Source of the DNA: Candidatus Spyradocola sp.
GTDB taxonomy: Bacteria > Bacillota > Clostridia > Christensenellales > UBA1750
DNA length: 64,000 nt
Direction of reading: 5' to 3'
Assembly: GCA_050942925.1 (NCBI GenBank)
Contig: JBMNOF010000004.1
Coordinates: forward strand, 5,520-69,519
In this document: positions 45,123 to 55,196 of the stretch, one piece after another
Layout of the letters: each line of letters begins with the position of its first letter
Numbering within the stretch: position 1 is the stretch's first letter
The notes under the pieces: generated by a model
The model's input: only the letters and a program-made list of their open reading frames with translations
What the model was told of the DNA's origin: nothing
Databases searched by the model: none
Position numbers and translations under genes: made by a program

Positions 45123-46325
45123 ATGAACATTCTCATCATCAACGCCGGCTCTTCGTCCATCAAGTACCAGCTCATCAACATGGATGACGAGAGCGTCATC
45201 GCCAAGGGCCAGGCCGAGCGCATCGGCATCGAGGGCAGCAACGTCAAGCAGACCTCTGCAAAGGGCGAGATCGTCTTCAATGCCCCGCTCAAGAACCATT
45301 CCGAGGCCATGGAGTACATCGTCAAGGCGCTGACCGACAAGGAGAAGGGCGTCATTTCGGACATGAAGCAGATCGACGCGGTCGGCCATCGCGTGCTGCA
45401 CGGCGGCGCCTCCTTCACCGAGTCGCAGATCGTCACCCCCAAGGTCATGGAGGCCATCTACGACAACATCATCCTTGGGCCGCTGCACAACCCCGCCAAC
45501 ATCCAGGGCATTGAGGCCTGCCAGAAGATGATGCCGGATACCCCCAACGTCGCGGTGTTCGACACGGCCTTCCACCAGACCATGCCCGATTACGCCTACA
45601 TGTACGCCGTGCCCTACGACTACTACACGCGCCTGAAGGTGCGCAAGTACGGCTTCCACGGCACCTCGCACCGCTTCGTTTCCAAGCGCGCTGCCGAGCT
45701 GCTCGGCGTGCCGGGTGGCAAGGGACTCAAACTCATCATCTGCCACCTGGGCAACGGTTCCTCCCTGTCCGCGGTTGTGGACGGAAAGTGCGTGGATACC
45801 TCGATGGGCATCACGCCTTTGGAGGGCATGGTCATGGGCACCCGCTCGGGCGATCTGGACCCCGCGACGCTCCAGTACATCATGAAGCGCGACGGCATCG
45901 ACATCGACGAAATGACCAACATCCTCAACAAGAAGTCCGGTCTGCTGGGCATCTCCGGCGTCTCTTCGGACATGCGCGACCTGACCGCCGCCATGGAAGC
46001 GGGCAATGAGCGCGCAAAGCTGGCCATCAAGATGCTGACCTACCGCCTGAAGAAGTACATCGGCGGCTATGCGGCGGCGATGGGCGGCGTGGACGCCATC
46101 GTCTTCACCGGCGGCATTGGCGAGAACGTCGGCCACATCCGCAAGGCGGCGGTGGAGGGACTGGAGTTCATGGGCGTCAAGCTCGACGAGGCCAAGAACG
46201 ACGTCACCCGCTCCGACGGGTTCATCCAGGCGGAGGACTCCAAGGTCAAGATCATGGTCGTCAAGACCAACGAAGAGCTGGCCATCGCGCGCGATACCCT
46301 TGCGCTTTGCGGCAAGAAGGCCTAA
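45123..46325 (+). CDS. ackA: acetate kinase
   Basis: MNILIINAGSSSIKYQL..., 400 aa. Confidence 0.95.
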   Translation: MNILIINAGSSSIKYQLINMDDESVIAKGQAERIGIEGSNVKQTSAKGEIVFNAPLKNHSEAMEYIVKALTDKEKGVISDMKQIDAVGHRVLHGGASFTESQIVTPKVMEAIYDNIILGPLHNPANIQGIEACQKMMPDTPNVAVFDTAFHQTMPDYAYMYAVPYDYYTRLKVRKYGFHGTSHRFVSKRAAELLGVPGGKGLKLIICHLGNGSSLSAVVDGKCVDTSMGITPLEGMVMGTRSGDLDPATLQYIMKRDGIDIDEMTNILNKKSGLLGISGVSSDMRDLTAAMEAGNERAKLAIKMLTYRLKKYIGGYAAAMGGVDAIVFTGGIGENVGHIRKAAVEGLEFMGVKLDEAKNDVTRSDGFIQAEDSKVKIMVVKTNEELAIARDTLALCGKKA

Positions 46326-46380
46326 ACGACGGAAAAAACAGGCGGGGCAGACTAAATTTTTGTTACGTGAAAAAAACTCG

Positions 46381-46409
46381 TTGACAAAATGGGGCTTGCC
46401 CTCTATAAT
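46381..46409 (+). promoter_or_regulatory. consensus sigma-A promoter of yceD-rpmF
   Basis: TTGACA (46381-46386), 17 nt, TATAAT (46404-46409). Both hexamers are perfect. Confidence 0.7.
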
Positions 46410-46440
46410 TGGAAAATGGTTGTGTGCGAGGTGACTGCGT

Positions 46441-46956
46441 ATGATGCTCAATGTGGAAAAGGCCCTGAAGCAGCCGGGCGAAAGCCTGGAATTTGACCTC
46501 TTGGTCCCTGCGCCTGCGCAGGAGTTTCAGGACGAACAGATTGGGTTTGTCGGCGACGTCTCCCTGCACGGATATATGACCGGAATCGGCGATTCTGTCG
46601 CACTTCGCGGCGAACTGACGGCGACACTGGTTTCTCCCTGTGCTCGCTGCCTCGAGGAGGCGCGGTTCGACATGAAAGTGCCCTTTGACGAAATCTTTGT
46701 CAGGCAGCCTGATCCGGATCATCCCGACGCGTACCTTTTTGAAGGTTCCGAGGTGGATCTGACCGATCTTACGGTGGCCAACATCGCCATAAATCTCCCC
46801 ATGCAGTTTCTCTGCCGGGAGGATTGCAAGGGGCTTTGTCCCTTGTGCGGTCAGAACCTGAATCTTGGCTCCTGCGGGTGCGATCCCGCGCTGGAGCGGT
46901 CGGCGTTTTCCGCATTGAAAGCGCTGCTCGACGACAAAGACGATAAGGAGGTGTAA
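46441..46956 (+). CDS. yceD: YceD family (DUF177) protein
   Basis: 171 aa preceding rpmF. Cys cluster [23 protein letters not shown]. Confidence 0.85.
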   Translation: MMLNVEKALKQPGESLEFDLLVPAPAQEFQDEQIGFVGDVSLHGYMTGIGDSVALRGELTATLVSPCARCLEEARFDMKVPFDEIFVRQPDPDHPDAYLFEGSEVDLTDLTVANIAINLPMQFLCREDCKGLCPLCGQNLNLGSCGCDPALERSAFSALKALLDDKDDKEV

Positions 46957-46960
46957 AACC

Positions 46961-47152
46961 ATGGCAGTACCCAAGGGGAAAGTATCCAAGGCCCGCAAGA
47001 ACTCCCGCCGTGCCAACTGGAAGCTCTCCATGCCCGGCATCGTTGCTTGCCCGCAGTGCAAGACGATGAAGCTCGCCCACCGCGTCTGCAAGAAGTGCGG
47101 TTACTACGACGGCAAGCAGGTCATCAAGATCGAGGACGAAAAGCAGGCGTAA
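46961..47152 (+). CDS. rpmF: 50S ribosomal protein L32
   Basis: [21 protein letters not shown]...CPQC...CKKCG. Confidence 0.95.
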   Translation: MAVPKGKVSKARKNSRRANWKLSMPGIVACPQCKTMKLAHRVCKKCGYYDGKQVIKIEDEKQA

Positions 47153-47167
47153 GCTTGGATCCACATC

Positions 47168-47202
47168 AGCCCGGCGAACCACAATGGTCCGTCGGGCTTT
47201 TG
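47168..47202 (+). terminator. possible terminator after rpmF
   Basis: AGCCCGGC / GTCGGGCT 8-bp stem (one G-U pair) with a 15-nt loop, followed by TTTTG. Confidence 0.45.
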
Positions 47203-47235
47203 CCTACTTATTTGGAAAATAGGAGGGTCTTTTCC

Positions 47236-48069
47236 ATGAAATTTGCCCGCGATACGCTCTATGTCTCCGACCTGGACGGCACGCTCCTCGGCGCGCAGCC
47301 GCAGCTGCCAGAGGGCGCCGTGCCGCTCCTCAACGAAATGCTGGACGCCGGGCTTCCCTTTACCGTGGCCACGGCGCGGTCCTGGACTTCGGCCGAGCCC
47401 ATCGTGCGTCAGCTGCATTTGAAGCATCCGGTCGTCGCCTACAACGGGGCGTTTCTCGTGGACCCCATCACGGGAAAGGACATCGACCGCTGCCTCTTTG
47501 ACGCGGAACAGATGCAGCGCGTTGCCCGCATCTTTTTTGACGCGGGGATTTCGCCCATGGTCTATGCGCAGATCGACGGCAAGCAGAAGGTTTCCTGGCT
47601 TCGGTCCATGGAACACGAGGGAATCCGGGAGTACGCGCGCCAGCGCGCGGGCGATCCCCGCCTTCGCCCGGTGGAAACGCTGGACGAGCTTTATGCGGGC
47701 GATGTGTTTTACCTTTCGACGTTTTCCCACCGAGAAAAGCTGGAGCCCCTGGCGGTCCAGGCGCGCGCGCTGGACTTTGCGCACACGAGCTTTACCAGCG
47801 ACGCCTACGCGCCGGATTGGTTCTGGCTGGAGATCTCCCGGCACGACGCCACCAAGGCCACGGGTGTGGACAAGCTTCGGGCACTCACCGGCATTCCCCG
47901 CATTGTCTGCTTTGGCGACAACCTGAACGATCTTCCCATGTTCCGCGTCGCAGACGAATGCTACGCGGTGCAGAATGCTCGGCCGGAGCTCAAGGAAGCC
48001 GCCACCGGGGTCATCGGCAGCAACGTGGAAATGGGCGTGCCCCTCTTCCTGCGCAGCCGCGCGAAGTGA
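47236..48069 (+). CDS. Cof-type HAD-IIB family hydrolase
   Basis: YVSDLDGTLL motif I and GDNLNDLPMF motif IV. ATG 47236 follows AGGAGGG. Confidence 0.8.
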   Translation: MKFARDTLYVSDLDGTLLGAQPQLPEGAVPLLNEMLDAGLPFTVATARSWTSAEPIVRQLHLKHPVVAYNGAFLVDPITGKDIDRCLFDAEQMQRVARIFFDAGISPMVYAQIDGKQKVSWLRSMEHEGIREYARQRAGDPRLRPVETLDELYAGDVFYLSTFSHREKLEPLAVQARALDFAHTSFTSDAYAPDWFWLEISRHDATKATGVDKLRALTGIPRIVCFGDNLNDLPMFRVADECYAVQNARPELKEAATGVIGSNVEMGVPLFLRSRAK

Positions 48070-48089
48070 GGGAGGAAATCGCGGCAATC

Positions 48090-48118
48090 TTGCATTTGCG
48101 TGCGTTCTCTGCTATCAT
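48090..48118 (+). promoter_or_regulatory. plsX promoter
   Basis: TTGCAT (48090-48095), 17 nt, TGcTATCAT (48110-48118). Confidence 0.5.
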
Positions 48119-48151
48119 GAAGAAGGAAATTTTGCACGGGGAGGAACCAGC

Positions 48152-49171
48152 ATGATCCGAATTGCAGTGGATGTTTACGGCGGAGACAACGCGCCTGCGT
48201 GCGTGGTGGACGGCGCGCTGGAGGCCATGCGCGAGATGCCGGACATCCAGATCATCTTCTGCGGCGCGGAGGGGAAGGTGCGGGAGCTGCTTTCCAGCCG
48301 TGCGCATGACGAGTCGCGCGTGTCCATTGTGGACGCGCCGGACATCATCACCAACCACGAGAGCCCGACGATGGCCATTCGCCGCAAGCTCAACGCATCC
48401 CTTGTCAAGGCCATGGACGCCGTCAAGGCGGGGGAGGCGGATGCGGCGGTCACGGCCGGGTCCACGGGCGCGGCGCTGGCGGGGGGAATCTTCCGCATCG
48501 GGCGCATCCGCGGCATCAGCCGGCCGGCGCTGGCTCCGCTTCTGCCCACCGCGGGCAAGATGCCGGTCATGATCATCGACTGCGGCGCCAACGCCGATTG
48601 CAAGCCCGAGTACCTGGTGCAGTTCGCGCTCATGGGCCAGGCCTACATGCGCGGCGTGATGGGCATCGAATCGCCCAAGGTCGGCCTGCTCAACATCGGC
48701 GCGGAGGACGAAAAGGGCAACGAGATGTCCAAGGCCGCCTTCCCGCTCCTGCGGGACCACCCGCTGATCGACTTCTACGGCAACGTGGAGGCGCGGGACG
48801 CGCTCACCGGCTGTGTCCAGGTGATCGTTTGCGACGGGTTTTCCGGCAATATTCTGCTCAAGTCCACCGAGGGCGCGGCCCAGCTCATCCTGGGCAAGCT
48901 CAAGAAAGGGCTGCTCTCTTCCACGCGCACAAAGCTCGGGGCATTGCTCGTCAAGCCCGCGCTCATGAGCTTGAAAAACGAGATGGACTATGAACAGTAC
49001 GGCGGCGCGGCGCTGCTGGGCATCACGGGCGTCATGGTCAAGGCGCACGGTTCGTCCAAGGCCCACGCCTATGCCTGCGCGATCCGCCAGGCCCGCACCA
49101 TGGTCGAAAGAAAGGTTGTCGACATCATCGCCGGACAGCTGGGAACAGCCGCGGGCGACGAGAAGAAATAG
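48152..49171 (+). CDS. plsX: phosphate acyltransferase PlsX
   Basis: MIRIAVDVYGGDNAP... ATG 48152 follows GGGGAGGAA. Confidence 0.95.
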   Translation: MIRIAVDVYGGDNAPACVVDGALEAMREMPDIQIIFCGAEGKVRELLSSRAHDESRVSIVDAPDIITNHESPTMAIRRKLNASLVKAMDAVKAGEADAAVTAGSTGAALAGGIFRIGRIRGISRPALAPLLPTAGKMPVMIIDCGANADCKPEYLVQFALMGQAYMRGVMGIESPKVGLLNIGAEDEKGNEMSKAAFPLLRDHPLIDFYGNVEARDALTGCVQVIVCDGFSGNILLKSTEGAAQLILGKLKKGLLSSTRTKLGALLVKPALMSLKNEMDYEQYGGAALLGITGVMVKAHGSSKAHAYACAIRQARTMVERKVVDIIAGQLGTAAGDEKK

Positions 49172-49196
49172 ACGACAGAAAGAGGAGGAGTGGAAC

Positions 49197-49424
49197 ATGT
49201 TTGAAGAGATCGCGGCAATGATCGCCGACCAGCTCGGGATCGACGCCTCCACCATCCGGCCGGAGTCTCGCTTGATCGAGGACCTCAAGGCGGATTCGCT
49301 CGACATTGTGGCGATGGTGATGGAGATGGAGACGCAGTACGGTGTGGAGATCCCGGACGAGGATCTGACCAAACTCAAGACCGTCGCGGACGCCATGCGC
49401 TACATCCAGGAAAATCAAAAGTAA
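49197..49424 (+). CDS. acpP: acyl carrier protein
   Basis: 75 aa. LKADSLDIVAMVMEME phosphopantetheine-serine motif. AGAGGAGGAG upstream. Confidence 0.95.
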   Translation: MFEEIAAMIADQLGIDASTIRPESRLIEDLKADSLDIVAMVMEMETQYGVEIPDEDLTKLKTVADAMRYIQENQK

Positions 49425-49544
49425 TTTCATCATCGGCATCATACGTTTACGCACCGGGGGAACAGGCTTCTTTCGGTGCGTAGGCATACATGAGCCCGGT
49501 CGCGGTTGCCCTGGCTGATGTATGCCGGACCAAGGAGAAAGGCA

Positions 49545-50201
49545 ATGTTTGAAAAGCTGGAACAGGAGATTGGCTATTCATTTCGGGACAAGTCCTTGCT
49601 GAAGCTGGCGATGACGCATCCCTCCTACGCCGGGGAGACGCACGTGCACAACCAGCGCCTGGAATTTTTGGGGGACGCGGTTCTGCAGCTCTGCACGAGC
49701 GTGCGGCTCTATCATCAGTACCCAGATTTGCCGGAGGGCAAGCTCTCGCGCCTGCGCGCGCGCTGCGTGCAGGAGGGCGCGCTGGAGGTCGCGGCGCGGC
49801 GGCTGCACCTGGGGGACAACCTCCTCCTGGGGTATGGCGAGGAGCGCGGCGGCGGCCGGGAGAAGCCCTCGATTCTGGCGGACGCCATGGAGGCTCTGCT
49901 GGGCGCGATGTACCTGGATGGCGGCATGGAGGACGCGCGGCGCCTCATCGAGCGGGTCGTCCCCATTGCGGATGCGCCCCGCGTGCACGACTACAAGACC
50001 GAGTACCAGGAGCTGGCGCAGAGCGTCACGGGGGAAACGCCGGTCTATCGCATCGTCGGAGAAGAAGGGCCTGCGCACATGCGGACCTTTTTTGCGGAGG
50101 TCGAGCTCTGCGGGAACGTCACCGGCCGCGGCGAGGGCACGAGCAAGAAGCATGCCGAACAGCAGGCCGCGCGCGATGCGCTGAGCCGGCAGGGACTGTG
50201 A
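49545..50201 (+). CDS. rnc: ribonuclease III
   Basis: NQRLEFLGDAVL signature and a C-terminal dsRBD (SKKHAEQQAARDAL). ATG 49545 follows AAGGAGAAAGG. Confidence 0.9.
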   Translation: MFEKLEQEIGYSFRDKSLLKLAMTHPSYAGETHVHNQRLEFLGDAVLQLCTSVRLYHQYPDLPEGKLSRLRARCVQEGALEVAARRLHLGDNLLLGYGEERGGGREKPSILADAMEALLGAMYLDGGMEDARRLIERVVPIADAPRVHDYKTEYQELAQSVTGETPVYRIVGEEGPAHMRTFFAEVELCGNVTGRGEGTSKKHAEQQAARDALSRQGL

Positions 50202-50211
50202 GGGCACGCCA

Positions 50212-53200
50212 TTGCGACTGAAGAGATTGGAAATCTACGGCTTTAAGTCGTTTGCGGACCGCGTGGAAATGGTCTTTCCGGACGGGGTGACGGGCGTTGT
50301 GGGCCCCAACGGCAGCGGCAAGAGCAACATCGCCGACGCGGTTCGCTGGGTTTTGGGCGAACAGAGCGCAAAGACGCTGCGCGGCGCCAAGATGGAAGAC
50401 GTCATCTTCGGCGGAACGCAGACCCGCAAGGCGCAGGCCTATTGCGAGGTCAGCCTGGTCTTTGACAACGAGGACGGGGCGCTGCCCGTGTCCTTTGCGG
50501 AGGTCCAGATCACCCGCCGCGTCTACCGAAACGGCGACAGCGAGTACTGCCTCAACAAGGCGCCCTGCCGCCTCAAGGACATCGTGGACCTGCTGCGCGA
50601 CACGGGCATTGGCAAGGAGGGCTATTCCCTCATCGGCCAGGGCCGCATCGACGAGATCCTCTCCGTCAAGAGCGAGGAGCGGCGCAACGTCTTTGAGGAA
50701 GCGGCGGGCATCACCAAGTACAAGGCGCGCCGGGCTGAGGCCGAGCGCCGCATGGAGAACACCAACCAGAACCTTGAGCGCGTGGAGGACATTCTGCGCG
50801 AGGTGGGGAGCAGACTGCCGGACTTGGAGCGCCAAGCGGCGGATGCGCGGCGGTACCGCAAGCTCACGGACGAGCTTCGCCGCCTGGAGATCAGCTCCTT
50901 TGCCTACAACCATGACCGCCTCACCGGCAACCTGGAGCAGGTCGAGGAACAGATCGCCTCTGCAGAGTCGGAGATGCAGGCCGCCCTGGCAAAAGCGGAA
51001 GAGCTTCGCCAGGCCAGGGAGGAGATGGAGCAGGGCGTTTCGGAGTCGGATGCGCGCATTGCGTCGCTGCACGCCCGCGTCCTGGAGGACACGCGCAGCG
51101 CGGAGATTCACGAGGGAGATGTGCACCTCCTCTGCGAGCGCATCGAGTCCGCAGGCAAGGAGATCGAGCGCCTGGAGGGCGAAAAGGCCAAGGACGACGC
51201 CCGGCACAGCGACCTCCTCCGGCAGCAGCAGGAAAGCCAGGGCAAGCAGGAAAAGTATGCCCAGGATCTCGAGAAGATCCGCGCGCAGATTCGCGCGCTG
51301 GAAGCAGACGTCGAGGCAACGGCACAGGACGTCGCCTCGCGGGAGGAGACGATTGAGCGCGGCAAGGAGGAGATGATCCGCTCCTTTAACGCCTTGAGCG
51401 ACGTAAAGTCCGCGCAGGCGCGCCTGTCCGCTACGCGCGAGGGCCTGCAAGCGCGGTTGGCCACGTTGGAGGCAGGCAAGCAGGAGGTCGCGGACGCCGT
51501 TTCCACGGCAAAAGCGGCGCGCGAGGCGGCTGAGTCTGCCCTGCACACCGCGCAGGAGGAGCTGGAGGCGCTCCAGGAGGCGCGGGACAGCGCCATGGAT
51601 CGCCAGGCCGAATTGCAGGTGGAGAGCCAGCAGCTCGGCGTCAACATCCAGCGCACGGCTGGCGCGCTTCGCGAAGCGCAATCCCGGCTGAAGATGCTCG
51701 AACAAATGCAGCGCGATTACGAGGGCTATCAGAACTCCGTTCGCGAGGTGCTGCGGCGGTTCCGCGGGGATTCGGGGCTCTATGGGGTCGTCGCGGGGCT
51801 GCTGCGCGTGCCCAAGGAGATCGAGCGCGCCGTGGAGATGGCCCTGGGCGGCGCGATGCAGAACCTTGTCTGTGCGCGGGAAGAGGACGCCAAGGTCATG
51901 ATCGAGTACCTCCGGCAGAACCGCATGGGCCGCGCCACTTTTCTGCCGCTCAGCTCTGTGCGCGGGCGCGTGCTCAGCCCGGCGGAGCGCCAGGTGCTGC
52001 AGATGGAGGGGTGCTTGGGCGTGGCTTCCGAGCTGGTGGGGTACGACGAGCGCTTCCGCCCCGTGGCGGAAAACCTGTTGGGCCGCACCGTCATTGCCCG
52101 GGACTTGGACGCGGGCATCGCCATCATGCGCGCGGGCCGGCATGCGTTCCGGCTGGTCACGTTGGCCGGGGATGTCATGCACTCGGGCGGGTCGATGACG
52201 GGCGGGTCCGTGAGCGCGCGCTCGACTTCCATCCTCTCCAGACAGCGGGAGATCGACGAACACCGTGCCGCGGTGGAGACGCTGAAGAGCCGCGGAGAGG
52301 AATTTCAGGCGCGCGTGGAGAGCATACAGGACGATTTGGCGCGCGCGCAGGAGGCGGTGGCCGCTGCCCGGGAGCGGGCCCATCAGCAGGACATTGCCGT
52401 TGCGCGCGAACAGGAGCGCGTCCAGCGCGCCAGGGACGCGGAAAACGAGGCCTGCGAGCGCGGGAAAACCGCTGCGTTGGAGCGGGAACAGCTTCGGGAC
52501 AGCGTTGCGGAGATCGACGAGGAACTTCGGCACATGGACGCGCAGACCGGGAATGCCGAGCGCGCATCCGCGACCACGCAGGAGGACATCGCCCGCCTGT
52601 CGGCGGAATTGGCCTCTCGCCGGACGGAGCTGGAGGACCTGCGGGCCAAGCTCGCGGAGAGCCGCGCGACCGAGGCGGGCCGGCAGGCGGAGTGGGAAAT
52701 GGCCCAGCGCGACGAAAAGCGCGTTCAGGGCAGCGAACAGGAACTTCGCGCCGCCTCCGCCATTCGAGAGCGGAGCCATGCGGCGCTCGTCGAGCGCCGG
52801 AAGGCGGATGAGGCGCGGTTGGTCGAAAAGCGCGAGGCGCTGGCCGCCCTTCGCGCGGAATTGGAAGCGCACAACCAGCGCCTGGAGGCGGAAACTGTCG
52901 CGCGGGAGGAACTGCGGGGGAAGATCGCAGACCTTGCCGATCGCACGGAGAAGGCGCGCAGCATCGGTGCGCAGAACCAGGAAAGCCTGCATCGCCTGCA
53001 GCTGGCCCAGAGCCGCTGGACGTCGGAGCTCAAGCAGCTCCAGGACCGCATCTGGGAGCGGTATGAGCTGACCCTGGAGACGGCCCGGCCGGAGTGCGCG
53101 CCGGACTACGACGAGTCGGCTTCGCGCGGCCGCATGGACGAATTGCGGCGGGAGGTCCGCAGCTTGGGTGCGGTCAACGTCGGCGCGCTGGACGAATACG

Positions 53201-53799
53201 AGGAAACGCGCGCGCGATACGACGACATGGAGCGCCAGCGCTCGGACCTTCGCAAGGCCCAACGCGACTTGCAGGAGATCCTGGACGAGCTGCAGAAGAA
53301 GATGGAGGAGCAGTTTGCCGAGCAGTTTGCCCGCATCAACGAGCACTTTGCGCGCACGTTCACGCGCTTGTTTGGCGGGGGAACGGCAAGGCTGCAGCTG
53401 CAGGACGAGAAAAACGTCCTCACCTGCGGGATTGACATCGTGGCGCAGCCCCCGGGCAAGAAATTGCAGCTCCTGTCGCTGTTGTCCGGCGGGGAGCGGG
53501 CGCTGACGGCCATCGCCATCCTCTTTGCCATGCTGGACATCCGGCCGTCCCCGTTCTGCATACTGGACGAGATCGAGGCGGCGCTGGACGAGGCGAATGT
53601 GGCAAACTTCGCAGACTATCTCAAGCAATACAGCCGGGACACGCAGTTCATCGTCATCACCCACCGCAAGGGCACCATGGAGCGCTGCGATGCGCTCTAC
53701 GGCGTAGCCATGGAGGAGAAGGGAGTTTCCCGCATGGTTTCGGTGCAGCTGAGCGACCTGGAGGAGCAACTGGAGGAGGAGACCCATGACGGAGAATAA
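50212..53799 (+). CDS. smc: chromosome segregation protein SMC
   Basis: 1195 aa. [10 protein letters not shown] Walker A, long coiled coils, a hinge region, C-terminal [16 protein letters not shown] and [13 protein letters not shown] start. Confidence 0.95.
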   Translation: MRLKRLEIYGFKSFADRVEMVFPDGVTGVVGPNGSGKSNIADAVRWVLGEQSAKTLRGAKMEDVIFGGTQTRKAQAYCEVSLVFDNEDGALPVSFAEVQITRRVYRNGDSEYCLNKAPCRLKDIVDLLRDTGIGKEGYSLIGQGRIDEILSVKSEERRNVFEEAAGITKYKARRAEAERRMENTNQNLERVEDILREVGSRLPDLERQAADARRYRKLTDELRRLEISSFAYNHDRLTGNLEQVEEQIASAESEMQAALAKAEELRQAREEMEQGVSESDARIASLHARVLEDTRSAEIHEGDVHLLCERIESAGKEIERLEGEKAKDDARHSDLLRQQQESQGKQEKYAQDLEKIRAQIRALEADVEATAQDVASREETIERGKEEMIRSFNALSDVKSAQARLSATREGLQARLATLEAGKQEVADAVSTAKAAREAAESALHTAQEELEALQEARDSAMDRQAELQVESQQLGVNIQRTAGALREAQSRLKMLEQMQRDYEGYQNSVREVLRRFRGDSGLYGVVAGLLRVPKEIERAVEMALGGAMQNLVCAREEDAKVMIEYLRQNRMGRATFLPLSSVRGRVLSPAERQVLQMEGCLGVASELVGYDERFRPVAENLLGRTVIARDLDAGIAIMRAGRHAFRLVTLAGDVMHSGGSMTGGSVSARSTSILSRQREIDEHRAAVETLKSRGEEFQARVESIQDDLARAQEAVAAARERAHQQDIAVAREQERVQRARDAENEACERGKTAALEREQLRDSVAEIDEELRHMDAQTGNAERASATTQEDIARLSAELASRRTELEDLRAKLAESRATEAGRQAEWEMAQRDEKRVQGSEQELRAASAIRERSHAALVERRKADEARLVEKREALAALRAELEAHNQRLEAETVAREELRGKIADLADRTEKARSIGAQNQESLHRLQLAQSRWTSELKQLQDRIWERYELTLETARPECAPDYDESASRGRMDELRREVRSLGAVNVGALDEYEETRARYDDMERQRSDLRKAQRDLQEILDELQKKMEEQFAEQFARINEHFARTFTRLFGGGTARLQLQDEKNVLTCGIDIVAQPPGKKLQLLSLLSGGERALTAIAILFAMLDIRPSPFCILDEIEAALDEANVANFADYLKQYSRDTQFIVITHRKGTMERCDALYGVAMEEKGVSRMVSVQLSDLEEQLEEETHDGE

Positions 53800-54703
53800 G
53801 GAAAAGAAGGGCCTGTTTGCCCGCCTGCGCGAGGGCATGACCAAGACGCGCGAATCCATCACCCATGCCATCGACCAGCTCGTTGGCGTCTACAAGGAGC
53901 TGGACGACGACTTTTACGACGATCTGGAGGCCGTGCTCATCGGCGCAGACGTCGGGGTCAAGACCACGGAGGAGATCATCACCCGCCTCAAGGCCGAGGT
54001 GCGCAGCCGCCGCGAAGGCAATCCGGAGGCCGTGCGCGGCATCCTGAAGGAGATCGTGGCGGAGATGATGCAGGCGGAGCCCTTCCGGCCCAAGTCCCCC
54101 TCGGTGGTGCTGGTCGTGGGCGTAAACGGCGTGGGAAAGACCACCACCATCGGCAAGCTGGCCTGCCACTTCAAGGACGAGGGCAAGAGCGTCATCCTGG
54201 CCGCGGCGGACACCTTCCGCGCGGCCGCAACCGAGCAGCTCACCATCTGGGCGCAGCGCGCGGGCGTGCCCATCGTCGCCCATGGCGAGGGCGCAGATCC
54301 CGCGGCCGTGGTCTTTGACGCCGTGGCCTCGGCCAAGGCCAAGAAGGCCGACTTGCTCATCGTGGATACGGCGGGGCGCCTGCACAACAAGTCCCACCTC
54401 ATGGAGGAGCTCAAGAAGATCCGCCGCGTCATCGACCGCGACTTCTCGGAGGCCGACGTCCATGTGCTGCTGGTGCTGGACGGAACGACCGGCCAGAACG
54501 GCGTGACGCAGGCGCGCGTGTTCCGCGATGCGGTGGACCTCTCCGGCATCGTGCTGACGAAGCTGGATGGAACGTCCAAGGGCGGCGTGGTCATTTCCAT
54601 CAAGGAGGAGCTGCAGCTGCCCGTGTACTTCGTGGGCGTGGGCGAGAAGAAGGAAGACCTGCAGGTCTTTGACGCGCGCGAGTACGCCGAGGCGATTTTC
54701 TGA
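53786..54703 (+). CDS. ftsY: signal recognition particle-docking protein FtsY
   Basis: GVNGVGKTTTIGKLA, DTAGRL, TKLDGT. Confidence 0.95.
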   Translation: MTENKEKKGLFARLREGMTKTRESITHAIDQLVGVYKELDDDFYDDLEAVLIGADVGVKTTEEIITRLKAEVRSRREGNPEAVRGILKEIVAEMMQAEPFRPKSPSVVLVVGVNGVGKTTTIGKLACHFKDEGKSVILAAADTFRAAATEQLTIWAQRAGVPIVAHGEGADPAAVVFDAVASAKAKKADLLIVDTAGRLHNKSHLMEELKKIRRVIDRDFSEADVHVLLVLDGTTGQNGVTQARVFRDAVDLSGIVLTKLDGTSKGGVVISIKEELQLPVYFVGVGEKKEDLQVFDAREYAEAIF

Positions 54704-54777
54704 GCGGCAAAACCCAAAGCGGCACAAGATCGATTCGGTTAAAATTCCGGGAAACACAAGATGTAAAGCAAAATGGC

Positions 54778-54806
54778 TTGACAACCGAGAGACAGGCGTG
54801 TATAAT
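54778..54806 (+). promoter_or_regulatory. consensus sigma-A promoter of ylxM-ffh
   Basis: TTGACA (54778-54783), 17 nt, TATAAT (54801-54806). Confidence 0.65.
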
Positions 54807-54854
54807 GCTCAAGGTGTCAAGTCGTTTTGCTGTACAGGGAATGGAGGCGAGCGC

Positions 54855-55196
54855 ATGGAGCCTGCGCGCAGCGTGGAACTTGCGATGCTGCTGGACTTCT
54901 ACGGCCCGCTCCTGACCGCAAAACAGGGCGAGATGATGCGCCTGCGCGTGGAGGAGGACTTTTCCCTCTCCGAGATCGCCGAGAGCTTCGGCGTGTCCAG
55001 GCAGGCCGTGCACGATGCCCTGCGCAAGGCGGAAAAGACGCTGACCGACATGGAAGAGAAGCTCCGCTTGGTCGAAAAGTACAGAAGGCTCCACGGCGCG
55101 GTGGCCCGGGCGCAGGAAGCGCTGAACCGGGGCGACGCGGGCGAGGCCCAGCGCATACTCGAGGAAATGCAGAAGGAGGGCGTCTATGGCGTTTGA
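54855..55196 (+). CDS. ylxM: putative DNA-binding protein YlxM (UPF0122)
   Basis: LLDFYGPLLTAKQGEMMRLRVEEDFSLSEIAESFGVSRQAVHDALRKAE. Precedes ffh. Confidence 0.85.
   Translation: MEPARSVELAMLLDFYGPLLTAKQGEMMRLRVEEDFSLSEIAESFGVSRQAVHDALRKAEKTLTDMEEKLRLVEKYRRLHGAVARAQEALNRGDAGEAQRILEEMQKEGVYGV

Noticed and set aside
50119-53871. 1250-aa minus-strand ORF
   Set aside because: It is the mirror frame of smc in GC-rich DNA. The translation is Arg/Ala/Leu/Gly-rich and has no recognisable motifs. The + strand frame carries unmistakable SMC motifs.
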